DNA of 64,000 bases from Octopus sinensis. Lineage: Eukaryota. The stretch spans positions 45,012,001-45,076,000 of the forward strand of contig NC_043000.1 of assembly GCF_006345805.1 (NCBI RefSeq), in the 5' to 3' direction. The number at the start of each line of letters is the position of its first letter. Within the stretch, counting starts at the first letter, position 1. A program made the position numbers and the translations under genes. Below are positions 14,371-27,109 of the stretch, one piece after another. A model generated the notes under the pieces. That model was not told the DNA's origin. It saw only the letters and a list, made by a program, of their open reading frames with translations, and ran no database searches.

Positions 14371-14381
14371 TAGTAGTAGTA
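14178..14381. repeat. Compound (TTA)n(TAG)n(CAG)n(TAG)n microsatellite
   Basis: Directly visible. Confidence 0.97.
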
Positions 14382-14454
14382 AGATGACAAGCTGGCAGAA
14401 TCATTATCACACCAGGTATAATGCTTAGCAGATTTCATCTGACTTCACATTCAT

Positions 14455-14770
14455 CATCATCATCATCAACGTTTAACATCCACCTTCCGTGCTGGCATGT
14501 GTTGGACAATTTGACAGGAGCTGGCCAGGCAGGAGCCTATGCCATTCTTCTGTGTCTGTTTTGACATAGTTTTCACAGCTGGATGCCCTTCCTAACACCA
14601 ACTGCTCCATAGAGTGGGCTGAGTGCTATTTACATGGCACTCACACAGGCAAGGTCAGTTTTGGTATGGTTTTTACAGCTGGATGCCCTTCCAAATGCCA
14701 ACCACTTTACAATGAGGACTGGGTGCTTTCTAAGTGGTACCTGCACTAGTGGGGCCACCAAGTGACTTCA
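14455..14770 (-). mobile_element. (GAT)n-tailed retroposon 3' portion
   Basis: CATCATCAACGTTTAACATCCACCTTCCGTGCTGGCATG..., with an internal duplicate of GCTGGATGCCCTTCC(T/A)AA. Confidence 0.7.
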
Positions 14771-15484
14771 CAAAATAAAGGGTCTTTGAGAGGGGAATGG
14801 GCATTGGAGGAGGGGATGAAAGATTGAAACGATACAGAGAGGCAAAATCAGATGTCTTGCTGTACAGGTGGTCTATTGTTACCCAGCCAGAGAGAGAGAG
14901 AGAGAGAGAAAGAGAAAGTTGAAAAGAAAGAGAGGGAGAGAAAGGGAGTGTAAATTAACAAGAATAGGGGTAGAAACCTAGAGAGAGTGTGGGAGTTAAC
15001 ATTGTGAATGCAAATTCCACTGGGCTGGTTTTGCCTTTCTTCCTTTCAAGCTCAATAAAATAAGTACCAGTTAAGCACTGGGATTTATGTAACTGACTTA
15101 TCCCCAGCCCCAAATTTGCTGGCTTTGTACCAGAATTTGAAAGCATTATTGTTGCTGTTGTTGTTGTTGTTGTTGTTATTATTATTAGTATGTGGCAGAA
15201 TCAATGCTGGGCTGGATAGTTTACCTTACAGTATTTAGTAAAAATCCCTCATATTCTGTATTTAAATCTTACAAAGATGTGATTGTTGAGGAGTAAATGA
15301 AACAAAGAAACCTCTTCAGAGTTGCGAGATGTATGATAAATAGCAAAATTTTCTAATTGCATCTTAGCTACCTTGACAAAAGAACAATTTATTGAAAAAC
15401 AATATACATAAAAATGAGATGGTTGCAGCTGGAATACTTTTGGTCATAAGGCTACTTCATTATGGCTGATTAAGGGTTGAACAG

Positions 15485-15994
15485 TGAAGGCACAATGGCC
15501 CAGTGGTTAGGGCAGTGGACTCGCAGTTGTAGGATCGCGGTTTTGATTCCCAGACTAGGCATTGTGAGTGTTTAGTGAGCAAAAAAGACACCTAAAGCAC
15601 CACGAGGCTCTGGCAGGGGGTGGTGGTGAACCCTGCTGTACTCTTTCACAACTTTCTGTCACACTTTCTTCCTAATTCTGTTGTACCTGTATTTCAAAGG
15701 GCCAGCCTTGTCACACTCTGTGTCATGCTGAATCTCCCTGAGAACTACATTAATGGTTCATGTGTTTGTGAAATGCTCAGCCACTTGCACGTTAATAAAT
15801 GAGTTGCGACATCACTGGTGCCAAGCTGTATCAGACTTTACCTTTCCCTTGGATAACATCGGTGGCATGGAGAGGGAAGGCTCGTATGCATGGGTGACTG
15901 CTGGTCTTCCATAAACAACCTTGCCCAGACTTGTGCCTCGGAGGGTAACTTTCTAGGTGCAATCCCCTTGTCATTCATGACCAAAGGGGGTCAC
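15485..15994 (+). mobile_element. SINE family C (tRNA-Arg-like head), full length with 13-bp TSD
   Basis: Head GGCACAATGGCCCAGTGGTTAGGGCAGTGGACTCGCAG; TSD AAGGGTTGAACAG at 15472-15484 and 15995-16007. Confidence 0.92.
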
Positions 15995-16617
15995 AAGGGT
16001 TGAACAGCAACAACGACCACGATTCAAAACTTAATGAATGCCAAAGCTGAATTAGAGCGCACCTTTAAAAATCCATAGTATCTTACATATAATTAAATTG
16101 TGAATTAAAATATTAGATTGCCTTTTAGACTGATATTAAATTTTCGATGAAGAAATACTCAAATAAGGGAAATTTTAGGGAAAAATGTATACAAACATAA
16201 TGAAAACAGAGACAAATATATTTCATATGTAATGTATCTTGAATAGATATTTCTATATGAGAGATTTCTAAGAGAAATTATACCAGTGTTCATATTACTT
16301 GATCATTTTCATAGGAAAAGAAGAAATTTTCAATAAAAAGACAAATTTTAAAGGACAATTTTATTAGCAAAAATTAATTTATTTTCAGTTAGAGTGAATC
16401 TCTTATTTATATTTGTACTTATATTTAATTTTTTCTCAAGTGTAATTTTCTTTTTTGTATCTTGTATAACTTGTTCTATTTGTTTCTTTTTTCTTTCTTT
16501 TCTGAAATGACTGATATTAGTCTTCTTTATATTTGAACATAATTTTTAATACACTACGTTTGATGTCATTAATATATACACCAAATTTAATGCTTACAGA
16601 AAGTAATAATATCCAAG

Positions 16618-16637
16618 TTGTATTTAATATATATGTT

Positions 16638-16718
<81 letters not shown>

Positions 16719-16835
16719 TACATACGCACACACACACACATATATATATATACATATATATGTTTATACATACAGATATATACATCTATGTATATATATG
16801 TGCATGCGTGTGTGTGTGTATATATATATATAATT
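16618..16835. repeat. (TA)n/(CA)n/(TG)n microsatellite
   Basis: Directly visible. Confidence 0.95.
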
Positions 16836-17727
16836 GTATATATACTTATGTTGTTAATTTCTCTTAATTTTAATTAAATATTAATAAATTTCTATTTGTT
16901 TGCTGTTTTAATCAATGCTCTTTGCATTCCAACTTGTGTTTTATTCAATATCAAATGTTCTCATGAAATTAAATACAATTCTAAATTGCTACCACTCAAA
17001 CTGTGTTTTAACTACACTTTTATTGAAATTGATGATTCATAATTAGAGAATTCAGGAGAGTTTTTTTATTTATTTCAATTTAGTGAATTTGATGAATTAT
17101 AAAATGAAAACCAATTTTTTTACATATATTTTTCTTCTTGGAGATATTTTCACTGAACCCAATTGAAAACATTAGTTGTTAGAGGTTCAAGTTGAAGATA
17201 AACTTCATAAAAAGGTAAGTAAGTATATTTATTGACAATAAAGAAATATCTTTTAACAAGTGTTGGAAATATATTTTATTGGTTTTCACATGATCACCAG
17301 ATTGTTGTTTAACTCCAAGTCAGCCTTGATCAAACAGACCTGTGATTAAAATATTCAAACCAAGACCATTCCATCATTTATTATAGTATAATGTGCTTAA
17401 AATTACATTAAACAATATGAGTGCATGTAGGATGTCTGAATGGATAAGAAGTATATTTTACAACCACAAAACTGCTGTATAGTATCTTAGACAAATATTT
17501 TCAACCTAAACTTTGTAAGTCAAATTGTGTAGACTGAAACTTCATTGAAGCCCATCAGATGGATTCTATTTGTGATTCAATGATTCAGCTTTCTCACACA
17601 CTGTGTTATGGCGATTCTGTTAAATGACTATTTTAACAGAACATGTATCTGTTTAGTACTCAGCCAATAACATGCTAATTCCGGAAGCATATAGTTCAGT
17701 CGAATGAACAACTGAATACTTAATATT

Positions 17728-17950
17728 CTTTTCTACTGTAGGCACAAGGTCAAAAATTTTGGGGGAAGGGCCAGTCAATTAGATCGACCCCAGTATGCAA
17801 CTGGTACTTAATCCATCGACCCACCACCACCACTGAAAGAAGCAAAAGCAAAGTTGACCTCGGCAGAATTTGAACTCAGAACGTAGTGGCAGACAAAATA
17901 AGGCTACGCATTTCGCCCGGCGTGCTAACGATTCTGCCACCTCGCCGCTT
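17728..17950 (-). mobile_element. SINE family B, variant tail
   Basis: GGAATTTGAACTCAGAAC-type motif and GCTAACGATTCTGCCACCTCGCC; possible TSD CTTAATATT. Confidence 0.88.
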
Positions 17951-18056
17951 TATAAATTCTTAATATTGAAGACAATAAAGATCAAATTACCATTTTAGTA
18001 AACAATGTGTTCTTTCTCTTTTTAAGATAAGACAAACCACTACACCATATGCTTGT

Positions 18057-18884
18057 GAGCATATGGTGTAGTGGTTAAGAGCGTGGGCTACTAACCCCAA
18101 TATTCCTAGTTCAATTCCAAGCAGTGACCTGATCAATAATAATAATGATAATAATAATAATAATAATATTGGAATATAATATATGCCCTGATGCAGTACC
18201 AGACAGTGGCTTTCATGACTTCTGATCTTAACTGATTGGAAGTGTTATCATGTACATTGGTTTGTCTTCGTATACAAGATGGGCTACAGCAAATATTCTG
18301 CTCAATACCACAGATTTGCTTGTCAGTTGTTTGACCTTTAGCATTTGAGCATGTCTCTTAGTGGCTGACGATATGTGCATCGCTGATCATGAGCAGAAGT
18401 AGTGGGGGAGCATCATAGCCATGTGTTGAAAGGAATATTTGGAGGTTTGGATAATTCACCTTTGGAAACATGGGTGGTTCGTTCAACATCCTTAAACAAT
18501 CCTTATTCAGGGACCTTTTGAGCGGGATGGGCTACTTGACCAGAAGAAAATTCTAACTGGGCCCCACCTGCAAGGTCATGCACTGTTTATCCTGATATGA
18601 AATCACCATGTCGTGCACATATGGTTGCGATGCATGTGCCTGGTTTACCCTTATCAGATGGGTAGTCATGATGGGTATACTGGGCTTCGTATATTTTACC
18701 CCAGTGTCACTTTGATTGCATGCGCTGCTCTCTCACTCAGTAATATCGGAAAATACCTTAGGAATGAGAACCCAGGTTCGAAATTTTCCCAAGACACATG
18801 AAGAAGGCTGGAGGGTATATCAGCCGAAATCTTGTATTAATAACAAACAAGATGAGGATAAATATCTGTCGAATGTAAATAATG
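18057..18884 (+). mobile_element. SINE family D composite: tRNA-like head + (AAT)n + inserted Y element + hammerhead-like PLE-type tail
   Basis: A box TGGTGTAGTGG and B box GTTCAATTCC (18057-18129); Y element 18184-18739; tail ACACATGAAGAAGGCTGGAGGGTATATCAGCCGAAAT. Confidence 0.8.
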
Positions 18885-19004
18885 GATTTGGAGTTGATTC
18901 ATCTTTATCTTTTATTTTTCACCTTTTACATGTTTCCATCACGAGACTGAAGCCATGCTTGGGCACCATCTTGCAGAATTTTTAGTCAAATGAATTAACT
19001 CCAG

Positions 19005-19287
19005 TACTTATATTGTTTATTAGCCAGGCTTCTGCTGAACTGCTAAATTATGGAGATGTAAATACGCTAACACCAGTTGTCAAGTGGTGAGGAGGTACAA
19101 ACAAAGACACAAAAGCACACACACACACACAATGGGCTTCTTTCATTTTTTGTCAACCAAATCCACTCACAAGGCTTTGGTCAGACTGTGGCTATAGTAG
19201 AAGACACTTGCCTAAGATGTCACGCAGTGGGACTGAACCCAGAACCATGTGGTTGGGAAGCAAGCTACTCACCATTCAGCCATGCCC
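19005..19287 (-). mobile_element. SINE family A, partial
   Basis: GAAGACACTTGCCTAAGATGTCACGCAGTGGGACTGAACCCAGAACCATGTGGTTGG. Confidence 0.85.
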
Positions 19288-19341
19288 GCAGAATTTTTTT
19301 TTATGCTAATCAGAAGATTATTATAACTGCTCAGTCACATA

Positions 19342-19566
19342 CCTATTTCTTTACTACCCACAAGGGGCTAAACACAGAGAGGACAAACAAGGACAGACAA
19401 ACGGATTAAGTCGATTATATCGACCCAGTGCGTAACTGGTACTTATTTAATCGACCCCGAAAGGATGAAAGTCGACCTCAGCGGAATTTGAACTCAGAAC
19501 GTAGCGGCAGACGAAATACCGCTAAGAATTTTGCCCAGCATGCTAACGTTTATGCCAGCTACATAC
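19342..19566 (-). mobile_element. SINE family B
   Basis: CCTATTTCTTTACTACCCACAAGGGG...GGAATTTGAACTCAGAACGTAGCGGCAGACGAAATACC. Confidence 0.92.
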
Positions 19567-20929
19567 CTTCACCAGAATTAGTAGAGTGACCGACAAATTC
19601 TTCTGCAGTATTTTGTTACTAGTCCTTATATTCTAAGTTCAAATCCCACATTATGCAGGTACAGGGATAGACGATTGGTAGCATGATACGGTGAACTGGA
19701 GCGTGATGAGAAAAGGTAATACCGAAGGAAGAAGATAAGATTTAATAAGAATATATATGAGGGTAAAACTAATGCAAAGATATATTACAAATTCAGGCTC
19801 CCAGTTCTACCATTATTTGAAGGATTGTTTTGTCATATCTACACCAGTGGACATCTTTTCTCTAGTTTCACAAGCTTCAATTTATAATGCTTCTTTGTCA
19901 TCTCTTCATCAGGTTCAGCTTCTTGAGATTAGTTTTTACAAGTTCAATAAAATAAAGTACAATTTACGTACCAAAGCTGGTTTCATTGACCATAACAACA
20001 AACCCACACAAAAAAAATTGTTGCAATGTGTCAATTTAGAAAAAACCAATATACATTCAAAATGGATTCAGGCTGCATTTTACCAACAAGTGTTGTTAGA
20101 TTACTTCTTATACCTAACTGCCATGCTTGCACAGGCAAGACAAATCCTTACTGCTTGAGTCAATTCGTGTTCAAAGCTACTTCGCTCCTAAACAGCTCAG
20201 AGAACCACATCTTGAGCATACAGTTCACTTTTGAATTGGCTTTTATGACTGGATATCCTTTTTTTTTTATCAGAAATTACTTTATTAAGTCATTCAATCA
20301 TGCCTCAAGCACTAGAGAAGCTATTGTGTCTTCAACAAGAGCAAAAGGTGCTTTCAAAACAAAATTGCCTCTGTTCATTCACCAACCACTTTACATAGAA
20401 TTCTGGGACCATTTTATTATGGCACAAAGTCTATGAGATAAAAGAGTCCTTACTCTTCCATGAGGCATTTATTTGTTAAAGATAACATAACTAAATATTT
20501 ATTTATATTTGTTGTAGGATATCATGTTATAGACAATTGATGACAACACTTAGTCAACTGAGTTGAACTGAACTGATAATATATGAGTATTCTTTGATCT
20601 TGCTTTCATTATTCTGCTTTATTGCTTTTTGTCAGTGATACATCATTCCACAGGGTCATGCATGATTTATATTATTTTCCGAGACTTAAGCACAAAAACT
20701 ATTTCTGTTTTATAGAGAAACTGTATAAATTGATTGAAACAAACCTATTACATTACAATAGTACAAATACTTATATGTTGTCACTTGGAATGCTGAAAAT
20801 AGCTACTAGATCTCTCTAAAATTGTATCAAATTGTCTCATAAAAATAAAGGCACATTGCATAATGTTGTTCCAGATAGTCCTAAATATTCTATGTTGACA
20901 TTCCTGAAATGTTTTTGATCATGGATTTG

Positions 20930-20977
20930 CTTTCTCAGAGCTGACTAAGAGCTGACGCATAACAGCAACACCAGTGT

Positions 20978-21013
<36 letters not shown>

Positions 21014-21345
21014 TCCACAGTAATTGTTACAATCACCATGGTCACCTTTGTTTTTATAAAGCGTAATGATGTTAGCATCCCGCATATCCTGAGGGGCTGT
21101 ACCCTCTTCCCAGTACTGACACAGAAGCTCATGAAGGTGCCAAAGCAGGATGGTGTTTTTGCCGGCTTTGATGATCTCTGAGGAGATGCTATCTTTTCCT
21201 GGAGCCTTGTTACTGGCTAGGGAGTCAATAGCCTTGGTGAGCAGTTGCCAGCAACCATGGAGGTTGGCGACATACCGTAAAAGAGGGAACACAAAGGAGT
21301 GACAGAGGGAGAGAGGAGAAATGGAAAGACAAGAAAACACATCAA
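20930..21345 (-). mobile_element. RTE-BovB-type LINE RT fragment
   Basis: KAIDSLASNKAPGKDSISSEIIKAG...WEEGTAPQDMRDANIITLYKNKGD..DCNNYCGI; interrupted by (TA)n at ~20990. Confidence 0.92.
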
Positions 21346-21533
21346 CAAGAAACTATGACATTACAACTATCCAGGCAAAGTCTTCATTACATTTGTGGCA
21401 CCTGCCAGAGGGAGTGTTTGTCCAGGATAGGACTACACAGACACGGCGGGAGATGTATTAGTACATGAAATGTAAAAGTCAGACTAGATTATTTTATGCA
21501 AAACTCCATTGTCTCCCGAGACAAAAAGGATGC

Positions 21534-21580
<47 letters not shown>

Positions 21581-21628
21581 TATATATATACATATATAAT
21601 ATACATATATATATATACATATATATAC

Positions 21629-21684
<56 letters not shown>

Positions 21685-21689
21685 GGATA

Positions 21690-23250
21690 ATAAAACGAAT
21701 GGTTTACACCTGGTAGCTTACTAGTAAAGCACGGTCTCTTTCAGAGTGATCGTTAGGTAAATAACAAATGAAGACAGAAGATGGAATATACAAGAATATA
21801 TTATTGGTCACAATAATTGTTTCGACAAATCTAGCATCAACTCCTCTTGTGTGACTCACAAAGAAACTGGTTCAGGAGTATCCGGTAGTGCAGACGTATC
21901 TCGTCAGGTGATAAATAAATAAATAAATGAATAAAACACGTTAAAATGACTGTTCCATTATGCAACTTTCCGTCTTGTAGAGAGAAAAACAGCCAGACAG
22001 AGGAAAATTCTTCATATATATATAGAAGATCCAAAAAGAAAATTGCAGAAGACAAAAAGAGAAACGAACACTTAATTCAGCGAGAAATATATTGAAAATA
22101 ACCGTTAACAGATATGTATGTCTAAACGCACTCGGACAAGCTGCATGGCACGAGTACACACGCTCATACAAGCATAAGCATAAAAGGTGAGCCTACGCAC
22201 ACGCGAGGTTAGGTGCACTCATGATTACAAAGTGAGTTAGATATTTAGTAGGTTTTAAAAGGACGGGGAGGTTTAAAGTAAATTTAAGTCAACCATACCT
22301 TAAAGTGAAATAAAAATTACATTAAGTTAACGGTTACTCCAAATTCATTCTCACTGCATTGTGCAAATGTACATTTATATGCGTGTAGTCATCTCGATAG
22401 TCTTTCAGAAATTCTATTAAGTATCTTTTCGTTTGTCCACAGGTATGTTTGATTGTATAATTTGAAACGTTGGTAACTCCAGGGTTGTGTGTGTTTATGA
22501 ATGGGATGATGTTTTCTTTGTTTTCGTTTTTGGAGTTCTGAGTTGTGTGATGACCAGTTTCATTGCTCTTGAGATTTTGTTTTCTATTAATTTGAGTGGG
22601 TATTTCTGTTCTAGTAGGAAGTTTTTAAGTCCATTTAGTTTTATTTGGCTTGTGAGTCAACCACTATGTTGCATATGCGTCTTGACATGGAATGTTTCTT
22701 TTTATGTAGGATAGGTGGCAGGAGTAGAAATTTAAATATTGGTGTGTCAGTTTTTTTGTAGTAGATATCTGGCGTGTCGATGGAGTTGTGTATCTTGATG
22801 TTGATGTTGAGGAAGGGAAGTTTATTATAGCTGGTTGCTGTCGTAAAGTTGATAGATGGGTACATGTGTTGAGGATGTTGTGGAACATCCGTAGATCTTC
22901 TTCTGATCTGTTTCAAAAGATGAAACAATCATCGAGGTTGTTTTTCCACTTTTCTTGATGTCTTCTCTGAAGTCGTGTTCGAACATTTTCCCTATTTCCT
23001 CAAATACTTTTTTCCTCAAGGAAAACCCATAATCAGGTTGGCATATGAAGGTTCGAATTTCGTACCCATAGCCGTGCCCTTTAACTGTCGGTATGTCTTG
23101 TTGTTAAATGTGAATGTTTTCTTCAAGTATTAATTGGGTGGCTGTGGTGATAAAGTCTGTTTTGAAGCGTTTATCTGTGAATTCCCTGTAGTTTTCTACC
23201 CAGTGTTTTATCGCTTCCAGACCCAAGGTGTGTGGTATGTTCGTGTATAA
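21690..23250 (-). mobile_element. Penelope-like element: RT fragment plus 3' pLTR
   Basis: [57 protein letters not shown]...DIYYKKTDT; the pLTR at ~21700-22330 contains an HHR motif. Confidence 0.9.
21808..21911 (-). ncRNA. Near-intact hammerhead-like motif in a PLE pLTR
   Basis: TCAC-CTGACGA-GATA...TGTC-GAAA-CAATTATT-GTGA; the core is intact and stem III is damaged (ACAATTAT instead of palindromic ACAATTGT). Confidence 0.65.
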
Positions 23251-23468
23251 GTTTGTCACACATAATACACACATACATATATATATATACACATATGTAC
23301 ATATACACACATATATACATACGTATATATATGCACACATATATACATACATATATATACACACACACAAGCATACATACATATATATGCACACACATAT
23401 ATATACATACATCTATATATATATACACATACACATATATATACATACATATATATATTTTACATACC

Positions 23469-23554
<86 letters not shown>

Positions 23555-23556
23555 CA
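23250..23556. repeat. (CATATA)n/(TA)n low-complexity tract truncating the PLE RT
   Basis: Directly visible. Confidence 0.93.
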
Positions 23557-25033
23557 ATATGAAAAACTAACGTTTTTCTTTAATACACTTAAAGTGGACA
23601 AAATGTTAAAGATTGTAATACAAGGAGGAGGTAACACTGTTTTTTTATAAATTTAATAATGTATCATATCACATCATATTTCAAAATCTAAACAGCTGTG
23701 GTGACGGTATCACCTTCATTACACATGATATAATTTATGGAAGATTCATGAAGCTTTTCATAATTTTCCTTTGGACACTTCCACAATTATTTTTTTGTAT
23801 TGTGATCATTTATAAAGGAGAAAGAGAGAAGGAGAAAATGAAATGAATGAACAGTGACATCGACAATAATTTTAGTAGCATTGCAGAATAAGAAAGATCT
23901 ATTATGAAAACATGTTATTCTAACTAGAAACACCTGGAAGTAATTATTATATCTAACATCTGACTTTTTAACTTTAATTGCTACATTTTGGAATTTCTTT
24001 GAGAATTTGGAACTAAACGTATTTTTCATATAACCCATGATTCAAAGTAACATATTGCTGTACACTAACTGCATTAAAATGAAAAAGATATAGAACTATT
24101 GAAGCAGTAAATAGAAAACACATTTAACATTTAATACTAATACATGTCCATAGTTTTCTCTAGCCTGAGACAAAAGATGACACTTTCCTTCCTCTATGCA
24201 CATAGTTTTCAGAGATTAATTCTGATTCTTATTATGAAATTATCTTCCCATTTTCCTTGGGTATTGCTAATAATTGCCACAAGGCTTTTGTTTTCTTTCT
24301 CCAACTTTTAGGGAAATTTCAATTAATTAAGAATTTTTTCTTAACACATAACACTGCTACTTGACTATATTCGTATCTTTATTCTCCTCTTTAACTATTC
24401 AATCTAATAGCATGCCATGTTTACACTTCTATTTGCAGTAGTACACTTATTGCAATGAGTTTTTAAACCCTAAAGCAATGAATATAATTGATTATAGACT
24501 ACCAAATTCAAAAAACATCATATGCAAAGAGATTGCCTCAAGCAATCTGTCTCAATACAAACAAAAACATTTTAAGAAAAAAAAATCGGAAGTTATTGAC
24601 GGATGAAGTATATAAGAAACATATATACTCAATAATCATAGATTTTTTTCACTTTTTACTGTAAAAAAACATAAATTGTCAGTGACTTCATGAAATTTCT
24701 TTAGACAAAATATATTATTAAATGTACATTCTTTTGGTGGAGGTAAAAAAGCCAAGTTGATGCAACATTGGAATGTCAACTCTTCATTTATCAGTTCAAA
24801 TATTTTCTACAGGCATTTTGCTATGTTTCTGGATTATACACCTAATTCTGTGCATAAGCTGCCTGTTGAATAAAAATTCCAGATTTTCTGTTAGTGTTAG
24901 CTGCATTATTAACCTGGCATCAAATCCGACAGATCTGGTTAATGTAATAAAACTATAATAAAGAGCTTAGAATATTAGAATATATTTAATATTATATGCC
25001 CAGTTAAAAATCATTTTCTCACTCACATTTCTT

Positions 25034-25267
25034 ATTTCTTTATTGCCCACAAGGTGCTAAACATAGAGGAGACAAACAAGGACGGACAAAGGGATTAAGT
25101 CGATTATATCGACCCCAGTGCATAAATGGTACTTAATTTATCGACCCCGAAAGGATGAAATGCAAAGTCGACCTCGGCGGAATTTGAACTCAGAACGTAA
25201 CGACAGACGAAATACCGATAAGCATTTCACCCGGCATGCTAACGATTCTGCCAGCTCGCCGCCTTCC
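25034..25267 (-). mobile_element. SINE family B with 12-bp TSD
   Basis: TSD CTCACATTTCTT at 25022-25033 and 25268-25279. Confidence 0.93.
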
Positions 25268-25949
25268 CTCACATTTCTTTACTCACATTTCTTCGAGGAC
25301 TATTATTGTACAAAGCAGCAGAAAAAGTTTGCCAACTCTGTTTTGAGCTAGCTAACTCTGCAAATTCATCCTGCTCAGTTGTATTGTTCTTTCATTGCTG
25401 ATTTCACAACAAATCTGCCTTTATGAGGCTGAGAGGACAAGTGGTTGCTCTTTATATCCTTCCACCTGTCTGGTTTTTATGGTTCTACCAACATAGCTAT
25501 CTAGATCACTGAAACACACATGCCTCATAAACATAATAAAGTATCAATCTACGCTGCTTTCTCAGACTCACAACCTCTGCCACCATCTAATCCCATTATT
25601 GTTAATTGGGTACTTGAGTCATTGTGACTCTTTCATTAGCTGATTACACAACCATTGACGTCATCACTATGGATATATTGCAGTTAGCCTTTTGATAGAA
25701 CTTAGTGATCTTCTAGGATTCCTCTGCTAATCATCAATGTAAGAAGCACCGTTAGCTCATTTGAGCTGTTCTCCTTCTTCGCTGATGCAGGGCAAGATAA
25801 AAGTAACACTAATGAAAAAAATTTACTTACGATAAGTTAGTAAATATTGTCCATCTTCCTCCTAGTAACACGCATTCCACCACCACACCTCACACACTAG
25901 TCAATATCTTTTATTGTAAGGATATACTCGTACGATATTACGATTTATA

Positions 25950-26330
25950 TTATTTCTTCACTGGCCACAAGTGGCTACACACAGAGGGGACAAACAAGGA
26001 CAGACAAACGGATTAAGTCGATTGTATCTACCCCAGTGCGTAACTGGTACATAATTGACCCCGAAAGGATTAAAGGCAAAGTCGACCTCGGCGGAATTTG
26101 ATCTCAGAAAGTAGCAGCAGACAAAATACCTATTTCTTTACTACCCACAAGGGGCTAAACACTGAGGAGGCAAACAAGGACAGACAGACGGATTAAGTCA
26201 ATTATATCGACCCCGAAAGGATAAAAGGCAAAGTTGACCTCGGCGGAATTTGAACTCTGAACGTAACCACAGACGAAATACCATTTAGCATTTCGCGCGG
26301 TGTGCTAACGCTTCTGCCAGCTCGCCGCCT
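25950..26330 (-). mobile_element. Head-to-tail SINE family B dimer
   Basis: Two cores joined at GACAAAATACC|TATTTCTTTACTACCCACAAG (~26130). Confidence 0.88.
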
Positions 26331-26550
26331 TTACGATTTATGATATTAGTGACATGGCTGTAGCCATGCTGAAGTTTCATGATGGAATAAAAAACCATAA
26401 CTTCTAATTGATTATTACCTTAAATTGATCACATTTCTTTAATCATTGTTACTGATTACACCACAGACTGTCTGAATGGTGAATGAATTATATTTCATAA
26501 CCCACTGGGTCAATACTGATGATCTTTTTGTTTTGATTTACAGTAACATT

Positions 26551-26948
26551 AGGCGAGTGGTGTTGTGGTAAGTAGCTTGCTTACCAACCACATTGTTTCG
26601 GGTTCATTCCCACTGTGTGGCATCTTGGGCAAGTGTCTTCTACTATAGCCTTGGGCCGACCAAAGCCTTGTGAGTGAATTTGATAGACGGAATCTGAAGG
26701 AAGTCCGTCGTATATATGTATATATATATATATGTATGTGAGTGTGTATTTATGTGTTTGTGTTTGTTCCCCCAACATCGATGGTGGTGTGTTTACATCC
26801 CTGTAATTTAGCGGTTCGATAAAAGAGGCCAAAAGAATAAGTACTAGGCTTACAAAGAATAAGTCCTGGGGTCAATTTGCTCGACTAAAGGCGGTGCTCC
26901 AGCATGGCCACAGTCAAATGACTGAAACAAGCAAAAGAGTAAACGAGT
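26551..26948 (+). mobile_element. SINE family A
   Basis: Head, internal microsatellite and tail as in the other copies. Confidence 0.9.
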
Positions 26949-27109
26949 AACTTTATGGAACTAATATGAATCATAATGTCATAAAAATATATTCTTACCA
27001 CAAAAGATTTTGACTACTGTGTGAGGGTTGGTGGTGGTGGTTGAGTTTTACTGGGAAGCTGAAGGGCAACAAATACTATCTTATAGCTTATTATCTGGAA
27101 CATCAGCTT

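Noticed and set aside
18057-18129. Functional tRNA gene (also the heads at 15489, 44570 and 50455)
   Set aside because: A and B boxes are present, but there is no complete cloverleaf or oligo-T terminator and each continues into SINE body.
18184-18270. HDV-like ribozyme at the 5' end of the Y element (expected for R2/R4 derivatives)
   Set aside because: Local hairpins exist, but I could not build the P1/P2/P3 nested pseudoknot by hand.
23557-24031. MITE bounded by ATATGAAAAA..ACGTTT inverted ends
   Set aside because: The match is short, imperfect and AT-rich, with no clear TSD or second copy.
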